Part shown: positions 1-14,100 of the stretch, piece after piece | How the letters are laid out: each line of letters opens with the position of its first letter | Position numbering within the stretch: position 1 is the stretch's first letter | Translations under genes and position numbers: made by a program | NCBI GenBank assembly: GCA_964247055.1 | Contig: OZ176054.1 | Span: 10,664,001-10,728,000, forward strand | Reading direction: 5' to 3' | Length of the DNA stretch: 64,000 nucleotides | From: Paragordius varius | Taxonomy: Eukaryota; Animalia; Nematomorpha | The notes under the pieces: model-generated | What the model was told of the DNA's origin: nothing | The model's input: only the letters and a program-made list of their open reading frames with translations | Databases searched by the model: none

Positions 1-7
1 TATATAC

Positions 8-3000
8 GTTGGTGTAAGTGAGTTGTAAAATTTGCAATGCATCTGGTAACACGTAATAATCTTCTTCGAGCAATAAAACTGGCCCATCATAATCGAATGT
101 GTTCAAAAATTCTGCACCTGCTTGGTTAGGGAATGCTGCCGCATCCATTTTAATCGCAGTTTGCTGGTGTGCTGTTTTAGGTCCAGTCAAAAGGATTTGA
201 TTAGCTTTCCACCACCAATGATGTTTTATTAGCGTTATGGCATATTTATTGGTGAGAATCAATTTTAATTTTTCATAAGCCCTATCATCATCATCATCAT
301 AATCATTTTTGTAATGTGGCCTCATGGATTGTCGAAAAAAGCTTGTCATGTTCTGGGGTATGTCACATTCATAAATTAGGGAATAGAGTGTATCCCACAC
401 CGGTAAATGCCAGAGTTGTTGAGTTATGTTTGCCATTGTAATTTGGTTTTCTCCATTCCTTTTAAACATGTTTGGGGAATCTAAAATATAATTAAATGAT
501 ATTTAAATATAGTATGAGTAACTGATTGCTAGGTAGATAACGTGTACAGCAGACTATATTATTGGTTTAAAGTTATTTTTTCTTGGTATTATTTGACATT
601 GTAATTACAAGGTAAAAATTAACATCACTCTTCCTCTTCAAAAAAATTATAAACGCAAAATTTTTAATTTCGCCAATTATAAAATAATTTAATTATAGCT
701 TTTTTTTGTAAAAATCCGTTTTATACCAAAAGCTTTCCACAAGCAAAGGAATTGTTTTCATAATGCAATGCGGCGGTTCCAAAAAATATTCGAAATATTG
801 GACCATATTTTATATGTTGTCTTTTTTTAATTGGATCATTATACTAATTCAAACTTTCTAAAGACACACTCTATTAAATAAATTCTTTTAGCTTACAGTA
901 TGTATGATAATCAATAAATTAAAATAATTGTTAAGGCCTAATAAAAAAACCCTTTTAGGATATAGAATAGCAAAATTAAGAAATTTGATCCAAAAAATTT
1001 TCCATAATAAACTCCTGATCCTTACCGTATCAATCGTGCATCTTTAAGTTTACAATAAAAATTTAGATCAATTTTTTTACATCATTTATAATTACTTAAA
1101 GAACGAATACAAATACCAATTCAAAAGGTTATTTACTCAATATTGCAAAATATGATAGTAGCTGAGATCAGCATTTTTTCTGACGTATATACGATAGCAA
1201 ATTATATTGTAGTTAAACTAATTTTTAATAATACCCCTGCAGATAATATCAATTTTTCAAATGGATATTGTTTATCGATCGATTAGTGTTTCCTCGTAAT
1301 ATAAAAATTTTTGATATAAGCTTATTTACGTAAACTTGGTATATACAATATTAAATAATTAATTTCTATCGATGTATCGTTTAATTTAGTCTAAAAAAAC
1401 AGTGTGTTAATTGAAATGTTTATATCCGAATTTGTTATTTAGAGCTCAAAAACAATAAATCCAAAATGATAAATAATTTTATGAAGGAGACGTATTATTA
1501 GTTCAGAGAGTCTTTTAATTTGATGAATAATTTTATGCTTGAATTTTCAAGCAAAAACAGCATTTTTTTTATCCAAACGCAGTATTTTACAGTTGCTTTT
1601 GACTGAAGGTGTACAATTAAAGGCAAAAAAATAATTACATTAAAGTTCTTTTACTATACAGAAATGAAAATAGCTTTATAAGCAATAATAAAGCTGTTCA
1701 TTACCTCCCTTGTGAAAATTTAAAAATTGCAATGTTTAAGGTCAATGAAATACACAATATAGCTTTAATTATGAAATAGCAAATATAACCTGATTTAATT
1801 TTTTAAAAAAACATTGCGAAAAAACCACGTTAATAAAACATGTTTAAAAATCTGTTTTAGCTGACCAAGAAATATATAAATATTTACACAATGGTAGATA
1901 AAACCACCGACTTTATAGTATTTTACATTATATTATGAATAAAATAAGACAGCTTTTATGTTTTTTTATTTCTCTGTTGTTTAGCCGTTACTTTATTACA
2001 TTTAACAAATATAATACATTTTTGGTTATACCTTATTTTAAAAAATGGTAAAACTGATAAATAGGTATTAGGTTTCAAGGATCTCTCCTCTCCTTTAAAT
2101 TAATTTTACCTGTTAATTTTTTAATATTTCGTTTTAATTCTAATAGAATAGTTAGTTTAATGACGATATATGAAAACTCACAGAAATAAGGTGATAATAT
2201 ATAAAACAGGGTGAATTATATCATGTTGATTCAAAAAAACCCGAGTTAGCTATTTTTCAAACTAAAAAAGAGTAAAAAACACGGCAACTTTTGCAAAATA
2301 TTTACATAAGGGCAATTTTTGACAAACAAAATAATATTTTATAAAATAAGGATGTTTTTAACTGCCAAAAATGCTGGGTAATCATTTCGAAAAAAGGCAA
2401 AGTTTTTTAATATCCATCCTTATACATAATACATCTAATTGTAATTTAAACATATACCGGATATTTTTAAATTTAAAATGTCTTTAAAATGTAAAGTAAA
2501 AATTTGTTAAAAATTATAAAGAAAATTAGCGTACGTTGTAGGATGGTGTGATAGAGGATCTCTTCTATTGCTCCCATAAATTCGGGTTGAAAAATCTATA
2601 ATAATAATTAATACAGTAAATATTATGAAATTAAAATGTGAATGATTTTTGTTTAGAATTGCACACTAGTTTGAAAAATTTAATAAAAACAATTCCATTT
2701 CCCATGGAACCAATCATGAGATTTTTAAGCCAAATATTTTTCACTTTACTGTATGAATTTCGATGCCTAAGTTTATATAAATTTTGGGCTAATATTGTAA
2801 AAATATATCATACTTGAACGCTGTATGGATAATATATTTTAAGGTAGGGCGCAAAAGTTATAGCTGATATTAGAGTTTCAATCGTTTGGGAAAAACAGTC
2901 GGCTGAAAATATAATCAAACTGTGATTTATGCCCTCGACTTGACTCAAAGAATTTATAAGTTCTGCAATATACAATGGTCGGTTATGCAATTGAATCAAT

Positions 3001-3542
3001 ATGATGGCATTGACTAGTTTGTGGGAGGGGTACTGATTGCGAAAAGAAAACGAGTTATTAAAGAGATTATAAAAGATCCAGGTAAATTTTTGGTAATTAT
3101 TTTGATGTGAATCATCTTTTTGGATATTTTCTTTGAGCAAATGACTGTTGTAAAGTGTGTGAACATGATTTGGATGTGATCGTTTGGCATATGCCCAAGA
3201 ACTATATTTATGGTTTGATTGAAAAAATTCCAAAATTTGTGGAAATCGTAAACCTTGTGGGTAAGAATTGTCTGAGATCTTAGATGTTGGAGTATACTTG
3301 ATTTTGAATATAAAAGGTAATTTTGATTCAGATGCAAAAAAATTGTAAAGTGAGGCATCAAATAATATATATTTTCTAATTCGCTGGATATAAATGTGTT
3401 CATGTGACAAAAGATTCCATTCAATAAATGCAAAAAAAACTAGCGTTAGAATTGGTATTATGCAACGAATATAAAGCATTTTATAAAAAAGGCAATGCAT
3501 CACTAAATAAAATTTAAAACATCTGCAACCATGTTGCTGCAA
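8..3542 (-). CDS. MGAT2: MGAT2-like alpha-1,6-mannosyl-glycoprotein beta-1,2-GlcNAc transferase (GnT-II), 5' part; continues beyond left edge
   Basis: Exons 3542-2814, 2595-2535, 480-8 join in phase (0,1). Type II TM segment (IIPILTLVFFAFI); motifs IQLHNRPLYIAELINSLSQVEGINHSLIIFSAD, YYPYSVQ, IKHHWWWK and LLLEEDYY match MGAT2 (VQVHNRPEYL..., TKHHWWWK, FLEEDHY). Confidence 0.88.
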
Positions 3543-4877
3543 AATTCACATGATAATAAATTATATAAAAATATTGGAGCCATGTCCTTAAAAAATTCAA
3601 TTAATTATGTGATAATATTCTGATGATAATTTTTTAAAATTTATGAATCATTTAAAACTCTAAAATAACAATCATAATGAAATAGTAATTAATTTTATGA
3701 TTAATTAGCAGGTAAAAGGGATCCATTTACAAGGTTGCTAAGTATATAGCATTGGTTTTTTTATATATATGTTATCGTGTAATGCTTATGGAAAGCCAGC
3801 TCTATAAAAAAATAAAGAATAACTTTTATCGTTTGATTTTTGCTTAATTTATTAATAAGGCAGTTTACAAAGTGTGGACCTTTTAACCCTTAGATACAAC
3901 ATATCTATTTCAGTTTGAATTGTATATATTAAAAAAATGGAAAGAATTCAATCATAGCAAAAGATTCCATTTATCTAACATTAATAAACAGAAATATAAA
4001 ATAAAAAATCATAAATATTCTTCTTACTTATTTTAAATTGCCAAAGGTAAAAATTTAATCATCATGACATGTGTGCATCAATAGGAATAATACATAATAA
4101 ACCATTTTTTTCGGCTTCTTCCATTATTAAATGTTATTAAGAATATTCTTTAATTTTTCCATAAAACATGATAAATTTTAACATGATAAATTTTTAAAAA
4201 TGTTGAAAATTAAAAACGGTGTCGAAGTAGTTTATTATAAACTTTTCAGTATAAAATTTTATTTATATATATAAGTCTATTTATATAATTTTTATTAGGA
4301 TAAATAATAAAATTAAATTTAGATCGTTTCTTTCAGTATTTTTTTAAAAAAATCAACTTAGTATAGATACTCCAATTCAATCGGTGTTATCATCTGATTT
4401 TCAGTTTTACAATTGGTTTTGTGCGCCAGAGCTTATTATAAACATTTCGTTTAAAGTTTTGATTAAAATTTATTTTGAACACTGCTCTTATGCTATATAC
4501 AGCCAAATTAAAATATCCTATGGAAATATATATTTTGATAAGAAAATGTATCAGAATATCATGGTGCTTTGTCATTGCCTTTTACGAGTTATGATAGTTT
4601 ACAGATTATGGTAAATGCTCCACATAATAAAATAGCAAAGCGCATTTTTAAATAAATTATTTTTGGTAAAAACTAAATGCTTTATTCCAGAAAATATACC
4701 AAAAATATATCATAAACTACTTATAAAATGCAAAAGATTAAAAAATTAATTAATTGTGGGTTCTGAAAGTCGAAATTTTTTGCCCTACTAAAGTCAAATT
4801 TGCGATGTTTTAATGCATGCTAGATTAAATCCATATCGTCTAAAAAATTAATTTTTAGCATTAAAGCGCATTTATGC

Positions 4878-5916
4878 TATGACGCATTATGGAAACGGTA
4901 TATAAACGCCTTAAGATATTTTTAAAAACTTTTCCGGATGATTGTCCATCTGTTCTACAGATATTCCCCATTTCTTATGTAGTATATGATGGCTGTGACA
5001 AAAAAATGTTGCAGAAAACATACGTCAGATCTTCATCGTTTTTAATATCTTTTAATTGCTGCTCTCATCGAGTCAGACGTATTGATGCAAAATTGTTTTA
5101 TGGTACCAGGTCAGGAGAATTCAGCGGAGGCGAAAATTTCCCAAAATAATTTTTGTATCTTTCCTTGATTTGGTCTGAACGTTATCATGTTACAATCACT
5201 TTGCCATGTTATCTGCTTGATGCCGGTTGTTTTTCGATAAAATCATTGTATCATTGATTATTTGTTATCAATAGTAGTGTATATTAACGATTTCAGAAGA
5301 GCCTTTTACCACTTTGGTCCTACCAGACTCAGACCATAGTTTTGCCGTAGATGATTAGCTTTTGTGTTGATGAATCGGCGTTGCAGTGACATTTTTTCCG
5401 GATAATAAAGCCATTTCTCATCACCCGTCCAAATTCGATGGAAAAATGATTTCTTTCTCGAAGTTCTCGCATTTTACATTCAATCAAATTGTGTGGACAT
5501 TTACCGAGTTTATTAGTTACTCCCATTTTCTGAGAGTAATTCTAAATGCGTCTGCCATTTGCCGTTGAGTTATGGCGCCCAATAACTACATTTGATCGTC
5601 TATACAGTTGTGCCGTCAACCAGAGAGAAACACTCTACTAGATTCAATCATTAATTCAATACTTCATGTGTTGGCGGTAAAACATTTTTCCCGTATATTT
5701 CGCAAACAAACTATTACTTTCAAGACCCCTTTCTTCTGATTACAATACGTTGCATCGTTTTCTTTTTCAGGCGCAAATTTGATTCGACATGTTATTGTAT
5801 ATTTTATACGGTATGGCATTAACATTAATAAATTACTGAAATAATAAGTTTAGCAGCCGTGTCCGCTATAGATTACGAACGGATTTATACCAATTATAAA
5901 TATATGATGCGACATA
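4878..5916 (-). mobile_element. Degenerate Mos1-like mariner transposon
   Basis: Frameshifted remnants WTGDEKWLYY, HDN and PPLNSPDLVP correspond to Mos1 TGDEKW, HDNA and YSPDLAP; degraded TA-flanked inverted ends (tatgacgcat / atgcgacata). Confidence 0.8.
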
Positions 5917-6119
5917 TAATATATAACAGTGCATGCAATCCTAAAAGTATGAAATATTTTCTAAGCTAATTAATAATTTCCCATCTGGCTAATAGATATT
6001 TTTATATTTATAAGATCAAGATCATGGTATAAATTTATTAAATGAATAACATTTAATATTTTGACTATTCATCCGATGGAAAAACCCAATATGTTTGAAA
6101 TCCCAATTTAGCCTAAATA

Positions 6120-6121
<2 letters not shown>

Positions 6122-6161
<40 letters not shown>
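6122..6161. repeat. (TA)n microsatellite; others at ~9675, 11123, 23367, 31894, 35761, 44533, 56815, 63447
   Basis: Pure AT dinucleotide runs; they produce the spurious poly-IY ORFs in the track. Confidence 0.95.
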
Positions 6162-6165
<4 letters not shown>

Positions 6166-6515
6166 AATATAAATAATGTAAATAATTATTTGGATTTTCC
6201 AATTTATATAGGGCATGATGGCCCTTGTTAGCCGCTAACTTTTTTAAATCTTATCCCTGGAAAACTGATATGGTTTAAATAATAATTAACTTAAAAATGC
6301 GTTTATAACATTTTGGCAGCAAAGATTTTGATTGAATATAAAATCAGCTGTTGTTTTTAATATGGGTATTAGGCCATAGAATAAGAAATAAAAGATTCTT
6401 ATTCATTCAGATAGATATTTTAATAAAAAAACCTTCAAATATACTTTTTTATTTTAAAAAATTAAATTTGCAGTAAAAATACACCAAATTTAATTATATT
6501 ATACAATATAAATAC

Positions 6516-9500
6516 CACGGGTTCTGGCATATCTTCTCTTTTTTCAATGACATAATTGGTATTAATTCCTAAGGAGTCTAATGTGCTTTGACTGATTTGG
6601 ACCTTTTGAGGCTAATTATGGTAAAATACAAACAACTCGATTGAAACGTTTGATCATAAACCCAATAAAAAAATCAATAAAAAACAAAAAGATTAAAAAC
6701 AAAAATTATATATATAATTACGATACTGAAAAATTTATTCATATATGAAAAAACTAAGCTATTTTCGTGATTGTTACAAAAGAAGTTTATAAAATAAGAG
6801 TGCCTAACATGCTACCCGCGATAAATTTGGAATCTATTTTTTTATAAAAATATGCTAATAAAAATTATTGATATTTTATTAACAAATTTATTGATTCCTT
6901 TCAATTGACTAAGAACTAATGCAAACCTGATTTTTTAATATTAAAATGGACTGCGAAGCCATTTGTGTTAGACACCACTGGGTTAAAATATGATATAGTT
7001 TATGAGATGCATAAAACTTAAGCTTAAATGATATATTTAAACAGAATGCTGCTTGTTTGAATTTATTTACTTTCCCCGTAGATTCTAAAGTTTTGGCAAT
7101 ATTTATGATTTCACCAAATAAACAATATCTCGGCATTTTGCGATCCACTATTCCAGCCACGCCGGAACCGGTGTGAATACCTATGGAAATTTTAAAACAT
7201 GATTACAATAAAACATATAGTCTAAAGCAGGGGTCCTCCAACACGCTTTGTTCTTTACGCAAATTTAAAAATGTAAAAAAAATAAATTAGATTGTTAAAA
7301 ATTTATTATTTAGAAGATATATAATTCGAAATTGGCCTTAAACTAAAAAATATTAAAGCAGCCCACGAAGATATTTGTTTTGGACATTCCTGTTCTAAAG
7401 GCATTTAGTTTCTTTTTAACATTTTATGACTTAAAATACATTATTTAGACTTTATCCTTTTCATAGTTTTCTGGATTCTTCGATATTAATCATTAATGTG
7501 ATAATATTATAACCATAGAGCAATGGGTTATCTTTTTTCTTTACGCTATATATTATTCAGCATATAAAAACTTTTTTAAATAAATTTTTTAAAGTTTTAG
7601 TTATATACCGGCTCTCATTGTGAGATACTTATTTAGAATGGGGTTTTTGAAGTGGCTTATAACATTCATCATTAACAGAGCCGTATCTAATACATTTCCT
7701 GCATGATTATCTTTTTGAACCAAAGCTCCATCGCATACCAAATAGGCGTCGCCGATGGTTTCCACCTAAATATATATATAATATATAACAAAGAAAACTG
7801 GGATTTAATATTGGATCATATTAATGTGCTCTATTTAATATACCTGGCAGCACATAACAAATAATGAAGATTTTCAATTCAAATTTTACAATTATAATAC
7901 CCACAATTAAGTATTTACACATATTGTCTATTTGCTTATTATCTCAATAAATAATTATATATATTTAAATTTAAGGAAAATAGTAATTTTTACCATATTA
8001 TTAGAAATTTTTGTGATAACTATTTCAAAATTTCAAACTTTTTGTGGCAATTATCGCTTACATGCGCATTTATTAATTCTCTATGCACTTATGATACGAC
8101 TTTAGCTAATAGATATATAGTATATTTACAATATTGATATAGTAGGCATTAAAAGTTGAACCTTAAAAACTTGATATTTTTCGATGCATTCATCAAAAGC
8201 TGTATAGAGTGAGTTCAGGACTCCCACCACTTCCATAGGCGTTAACGTACTGCACAATCCGGTAAAATTAACAATATCCGTGAAAAGCACCGTTATTGAG
8301 TCGCATGCCTTTAAACATTAATAATTCATTTAAATTATTTTAGTTTAATAATTTATTTCCAACATTTTAAGCCATCTTGTGGCTATAAAATTGGTTTAAG
8401 TTATTTTTTATATTAACCAAACATAAAGGATTTCTATTTTTTAAACTTAATAAAATATTTTATAATAATTGTAAATCATATCTCCATAAATTCTATAAAT
8501 CTTAAAATTTTTATGATTTTATAAACCTACATATCAGAATACCGTTTTTCGCATTCTTACCACTAAATTGGTATTCAAAAAAAATGAAAAAATCCACAAT
8601 AAAGGATCAAGTTAAATCCATGTTCGACGTATAATTTTTCATTTAGCTAATATCAAACGATATCAATACCTTAATCAATCATAAAATTAATTCTTTGTTA
8701 TTACACTTGATTATGGTAAATTATATCACTATAAAATATTCTCAAAATAAATAATTTGTAATAAATGGTATCACCTTTCATATTTATAAAGTTCAATTTT
8801 TAACGATAAAACTTATGATATAAAATGATTTAATTTTTTTATAAAACTTCACAAAGCTTAGTCGGATCGGTATTATCCATTTTTTGACAAATTTCCTTTG
8901 GAATAAGTTGATAAAGCAATTCTTCCTTCTTTTGTTTTTCTTCATCCAGTTTATTTAGCGTGAATTCTAGTTCATTGGATCTTTTCATTTCCTACCATTA
9001 AAATATCCTTTTTATTTTTATAGGTGTGAAGATTGATGGTAAAAATTGATAAATTATACTATAACAACTTAAAACTAAAAATTACATATCTATACTTTTA
9101 AAACTTGTAATTTTTTTAAATATACTTACTCATTGTTTTGAATTGCAAAGTGTGAAATAAAAATGTATATTGGAAACTTAACAAGAGTATATTTTTATCG
9201 TTAAAAATTTGTATAGATAAAATCAAAATTTAAAAAGTATGGTTGTCTATTTTGTGAAAAATGGTTGTCTTAATATTTTTAAGTTTTGTCTGCATAATTT
9301 GAATGTTTACTGGCAAAATTTATTAAATAAATACTCGATCTAAAGCCAATTTAAGCTCTGCGTTCTGTTGAGCTCCGGCCACCAAAAGTTCCCGACTACT
9401 ATCATGTAAACTCAAATCATTCAAGTATAGTCCAATACTTGACAATGTCTCTATACCGGACAATCTATCCACGAAAAAATAAAATTATAATATTCAATTT

Positions 9501-9673
9501 GGTTGGCAAACCATATATAATGAAGATACTTAAACCGAGGCTCTGAAAGCGCCTTTTTATGGCCTTGAATTATTTATTTATTTTTTAATGTATTTTTTCT
9601 GCATATAAATATCTATGTGTCAAACAGCTATTTTTGTCGATATTATATGGTCATACCCCTTGAGTAGTCTACG

Positions 9674-9711
<38 letters not shown>

Positions 9712-11124
9712 TGCAATCATGTATCCTTTATTTTATCAAAATTTTTTTTTTTCGTTAAATGGTTATAAATATTTGGTCAAGAATGTAAAAAACAAGAGCT
9801 CTATGGTATAAACAATATCATATTTATCAAAAAAGTATCAGAATCCATAGGCTCTTGTTTTTTTCATTCTTTACCATATAGCCATACCCATATAACGAAA
9901 AAAAAAATTTTTGATAAAATAAAGCATACATGACTGTAAATGGGTTGTAGATATTTCTTAATTCTTTCCTAAACCTTAATTTGAATCACATTTCTTATTT
10001 ATTTTTTTGCAAAAACAATTAGACCTTTTTTATTGGCAAACACAACACAACACAAACACTCACACCCACACACAACAAATAAATTTCTAGTCCATGTCTT
10101 TGTGTATTAAAAAATTAACATACTATGAAACCTTAGAAAAAAATTTAATTCCTCCCATCAAATAGAATTTCGTAATGAACAATATCATTTAACAATGCTC
10201 CAAAATTGGGGGTAAAATAATATCCTGATAAAATATATATGTTCAAATATAAAAATATCGGGATTGTCATGGTGCTTTTGGTTTTGGTCCTTATGCGTAA
10301 GATAAGAAAGTTGTGATTACTTTTGTAGCCTGCTAAAGAATTTTTTCGAATTAAATGCTTCCTTTCAAAAATATCACTATAACATATAACTACACATTAA
10401 AAACAGAGCAATATTTTTAAGAATTTATAATTTTTGGATGAGGGTTCCAAAAGTCTTATTTTTTTCGCTCTTTTAAATGATCATTTCTGTTAAAAAAAAC
10501 AAAAATGCCTATGCTATTTTGATAATACTTACAACGCATATTTCTTTCAAAAATTTGATTTTTTAGAGAAATTTAATTGAAGCCTATTTCCTACTATTTT
10601 GAAGCATGGTAAAAACGGTATAAAAATGCTTTAAGAGTTTTAAAAACACTTTTTGTATAATTTAATGCTGAAAATTTCTGACGGTTCAGATTTTTAAATA
10701 AAAGTTGGAAACATTTTTTTGAAAAATGTGCCCACCTTTTGCAATTTTTTGTATGCTAAACTTACCACAAAGATGTAGATAACTTGCTTAAATCACTCGT
10801 TAGGGTATACCAAATGCACCATGAAAATCCTGATACGTTTCCTTATCAGAATATATAACTTTCACCAAGGTATTTTTTGTGGAAACTGTGTAATTTACCA
10901 CACTAAAGTATCTTTGTACTGCGTCAGGGTTTAAAATATCTGGTCACACTATATAACGTTGCAGAGATGCACTTAATAAGAAATGAAAAAATCTTCATAT
11001 TTTTGTAATTATCGCATTTTTTAAAATCTAAAAAAAGGTAACACTCTTGGTTGATTGTTTTATAGAAATATAGACTTATTGTGTTTATTGTAAACTATTT
11101 TTTAGCGAGATTAATTATACAATA

Positions 11125-11155
<31 letters not shown>

Positions 11156-14100
11156 TAAAGTCTCTTTCCGTACTTGGGTACTCCAATAAATAGGACCAGT
11201 TTATTGAGTTTTAACATTTGGCCCTTGATTGTTAAATGGCTATTAGTTGATTTTCTGTAATCGCTATCAAAATAACTCGCTAAAATAATATAAATGTGGA
11301 TGTACATTGCAAAGATTTTAAAACTTAGTATCATGATGAAAAATTTAAATCGGTTTAAAAATTGGTAAAGATAATTTTTCAACTTTACCGGTATCAGTAT
11401 TGCCTTGGAAAATAATTAGTTATAGTTCTCGGAAACTAAAATGAATCCGCATATTTTTTGTTTTTTTCCAAAACTCTCAATTTTATTATCACACATGCAA
11501 AATTAATTTGACAAAAAATAAACAATTGTTACCAAAAATTTTAGGAGTATATCTCTAATTTAAAGTATATGTTGGCAATCTATATCTGAAGTTTTAGCAA
11601 AATTATTTTATTGTTTTAACATATTATATTGCACTAATATCTTTATTGCATTTTAATGTTTCGTATCTAAATTTTAAGATATGGTTTTTGCAATGTTTTG
11701 TCATACGACATTTTTGTCTAACATGAAGTGAATTTCTTTAAAAACTATAGGTTCTTAATTGGTGGATGTGAAACCAGTTTGTCTTCACAGCCATTTCATA
11801 TACCTGCTTCCATATCGGTTTTCTGAAAACTGCTACTTATACCCTTTAATCGAGATTTGTTATAAATCTCGAAACGTATCTGTTTCAGATTACATATTTT
11901 GAACGAAAAAATATTAATATAACTTGAAGGCTCTTCTTCAGAATTATCTGTGGCATAATGTATGGTAACAGATGTGTCAACACTTGATACATCCGCATTA
12001 TTATCAGGTATGCGACAAACTTCAATAAATGTTTGTAATTCAAAAACATTGTTGCTATGATTCATTATCTAAAAATATTTTTGTAATTATTTGAGAGCCG
12101 AATGTTTTAATTAAGTTATCAAAATATAATAATAATATTTTGCCAATTAATTTTAGCTTGAATTTCAAGTTGTTAATAAATATAAAATAACTTTTTAATT
12201 CGGCCTGAAAAATATATGAAATTATTGCATCCTTATAAAAATTAATTTCATGCCAAAAGATATTTACACTTTTAAAGAGTATTAGTATCAAATATGTAAA
12301 AAGTAAAATAATGTTTAATATCTAGGGTTGTGCATTTGACTGCTTTTTCAAAAAAGTCCGGTCAGACCTGGTCAGACCATGGTCATGTCAAGACCACGGT
12401 CACCACTTTAACTAAGTAAATACCATACGATATTGGGTTATGAAATTACTTCTGAATTTTCAAATACCTCGCTTTTAATACTGGATATTTCAAATAAAAT
12501 TTTTCCTGTTTCTTTTACACTTTCTTTGATCATTGAAATATCAATTATAAAATGTTTTTTCATTTTATTAGTTCACATATATGGAATAATTGAATATTTT
12601 ATATTGGATTGTTTTTTTTCGAAATAACTGGATATGCCCCAATGCTAATGTTTTAAGGATGCATGTTTAACATTTTAAATTTTTAAATAAGCAAATTTAA
12701 ATATTTATATATTTTTTTTATAATATATTAAAAAATAACTTACTATTTTTCTTTCAAAAAAAATTACCAGCAATTTTTCAAAAAACAGCTTAAATGACCA
12801 TGGTCAAAAAATAAATAGTCACTGACCAAGTCATGACCCGGTCAATTTACCGGGTCATGACTTGGTCAGCACAAACCTATTAATATCACATAAAATATAT
12901 AGAGAAGGTGGCTGGCCATATTTTAATTTAATAATTTTTACATACCTCTTCATATGTGAAATCGATAAGAGGCTTGATCAAGTAAAACATGTTTTCCATA
13001 TTTTTGCCCAGGATATCTGGCAATAAACTCTTTAAAGCTTTGCCAGCACTTAGTATATACATGTGTCTATTTCATAAATAATGGATATAAGTTATGAAAT
13101 TCGCAAATAAATTTAAATTGTTACTTATCAAACAGTACATGAAACGGGAATAGGTTCAAAAAATGGATTGGTGACACTGGGAAAGCATGATCTTTTGGAT
13201 TGTATTTTAGGGTTAATTTATATTTTTTGTTACAAAATCCGAGTTGATATAGGATGTCTGAAGTATTTTTCGTGCTATTATCCTGTTTGTACAAATTATA
13301 AATTTAATATATTTTAAATTTATGAAATCAAGCGATACGTATAAATTAGCCCGTTGTACACCAATTTTTCGTCAGTGCAATTTTATAAATAAATGCAGGC
13401 AAGTTTATAATAATTTTATTACATGCTAAGCGTTGGCTTAACTTTCCAGAAACACCATATTAATCCTAACTTACTACCTGAGAAATTTATTTACCGTTTT
13501 AATAGGCCTGAAGATTATGAAAAAAAAGACTTTTTCCATATGTTATTTGGACTAAAATAAACTTGGGTTATTTACCTTCCAAACAGATACTGTGATATCC
13601 AAATCATAATAAATTTTGGCTGCGCTGATTAACAAACCCATTACGTATTCTCTAAATCCTTCCATATATTCATAGTTGTGAAAAATAAAATTATTTATAA
13701 TAGGTAATGATCATTATAAGCCGTATTTAACCTTGTCGTTTAGATCTATACCGCAAAATTAAACCATCTTCATGTTCCTGTTCACACGTAAAAGAAGGGG
13801 ATCTCAGTCGTGGAAAACTGAAAATTAAAAAAGTTTTATAGGGTAAAAAGGCTACGTTTGATAGTCATATATTATATTAATAATTACCATCATTATGAAT
13901 TCTAAAATAATAGATTGATACCTAAATCTCACATACTCATGTAAATTATCCAATCCATTTAGGAAATCGCTAAAGTTGCGTCCCAATAACTATATTACAA
14001 AATTAGATATATTTTAATATAAATTAGTCCAAGGCGTCGACATATATTTAACAAAGCATAACTAATTGATAGCACAGGCGGATGATTTTTTTTATTAGGG

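Noticed and set aside
3014-3433. 139-aa overlapping ORF (also 58194-58475, 62521-62787, 63646-63996)
   Set aside because: Alternative-frame or antisense shadows of real coding exons.
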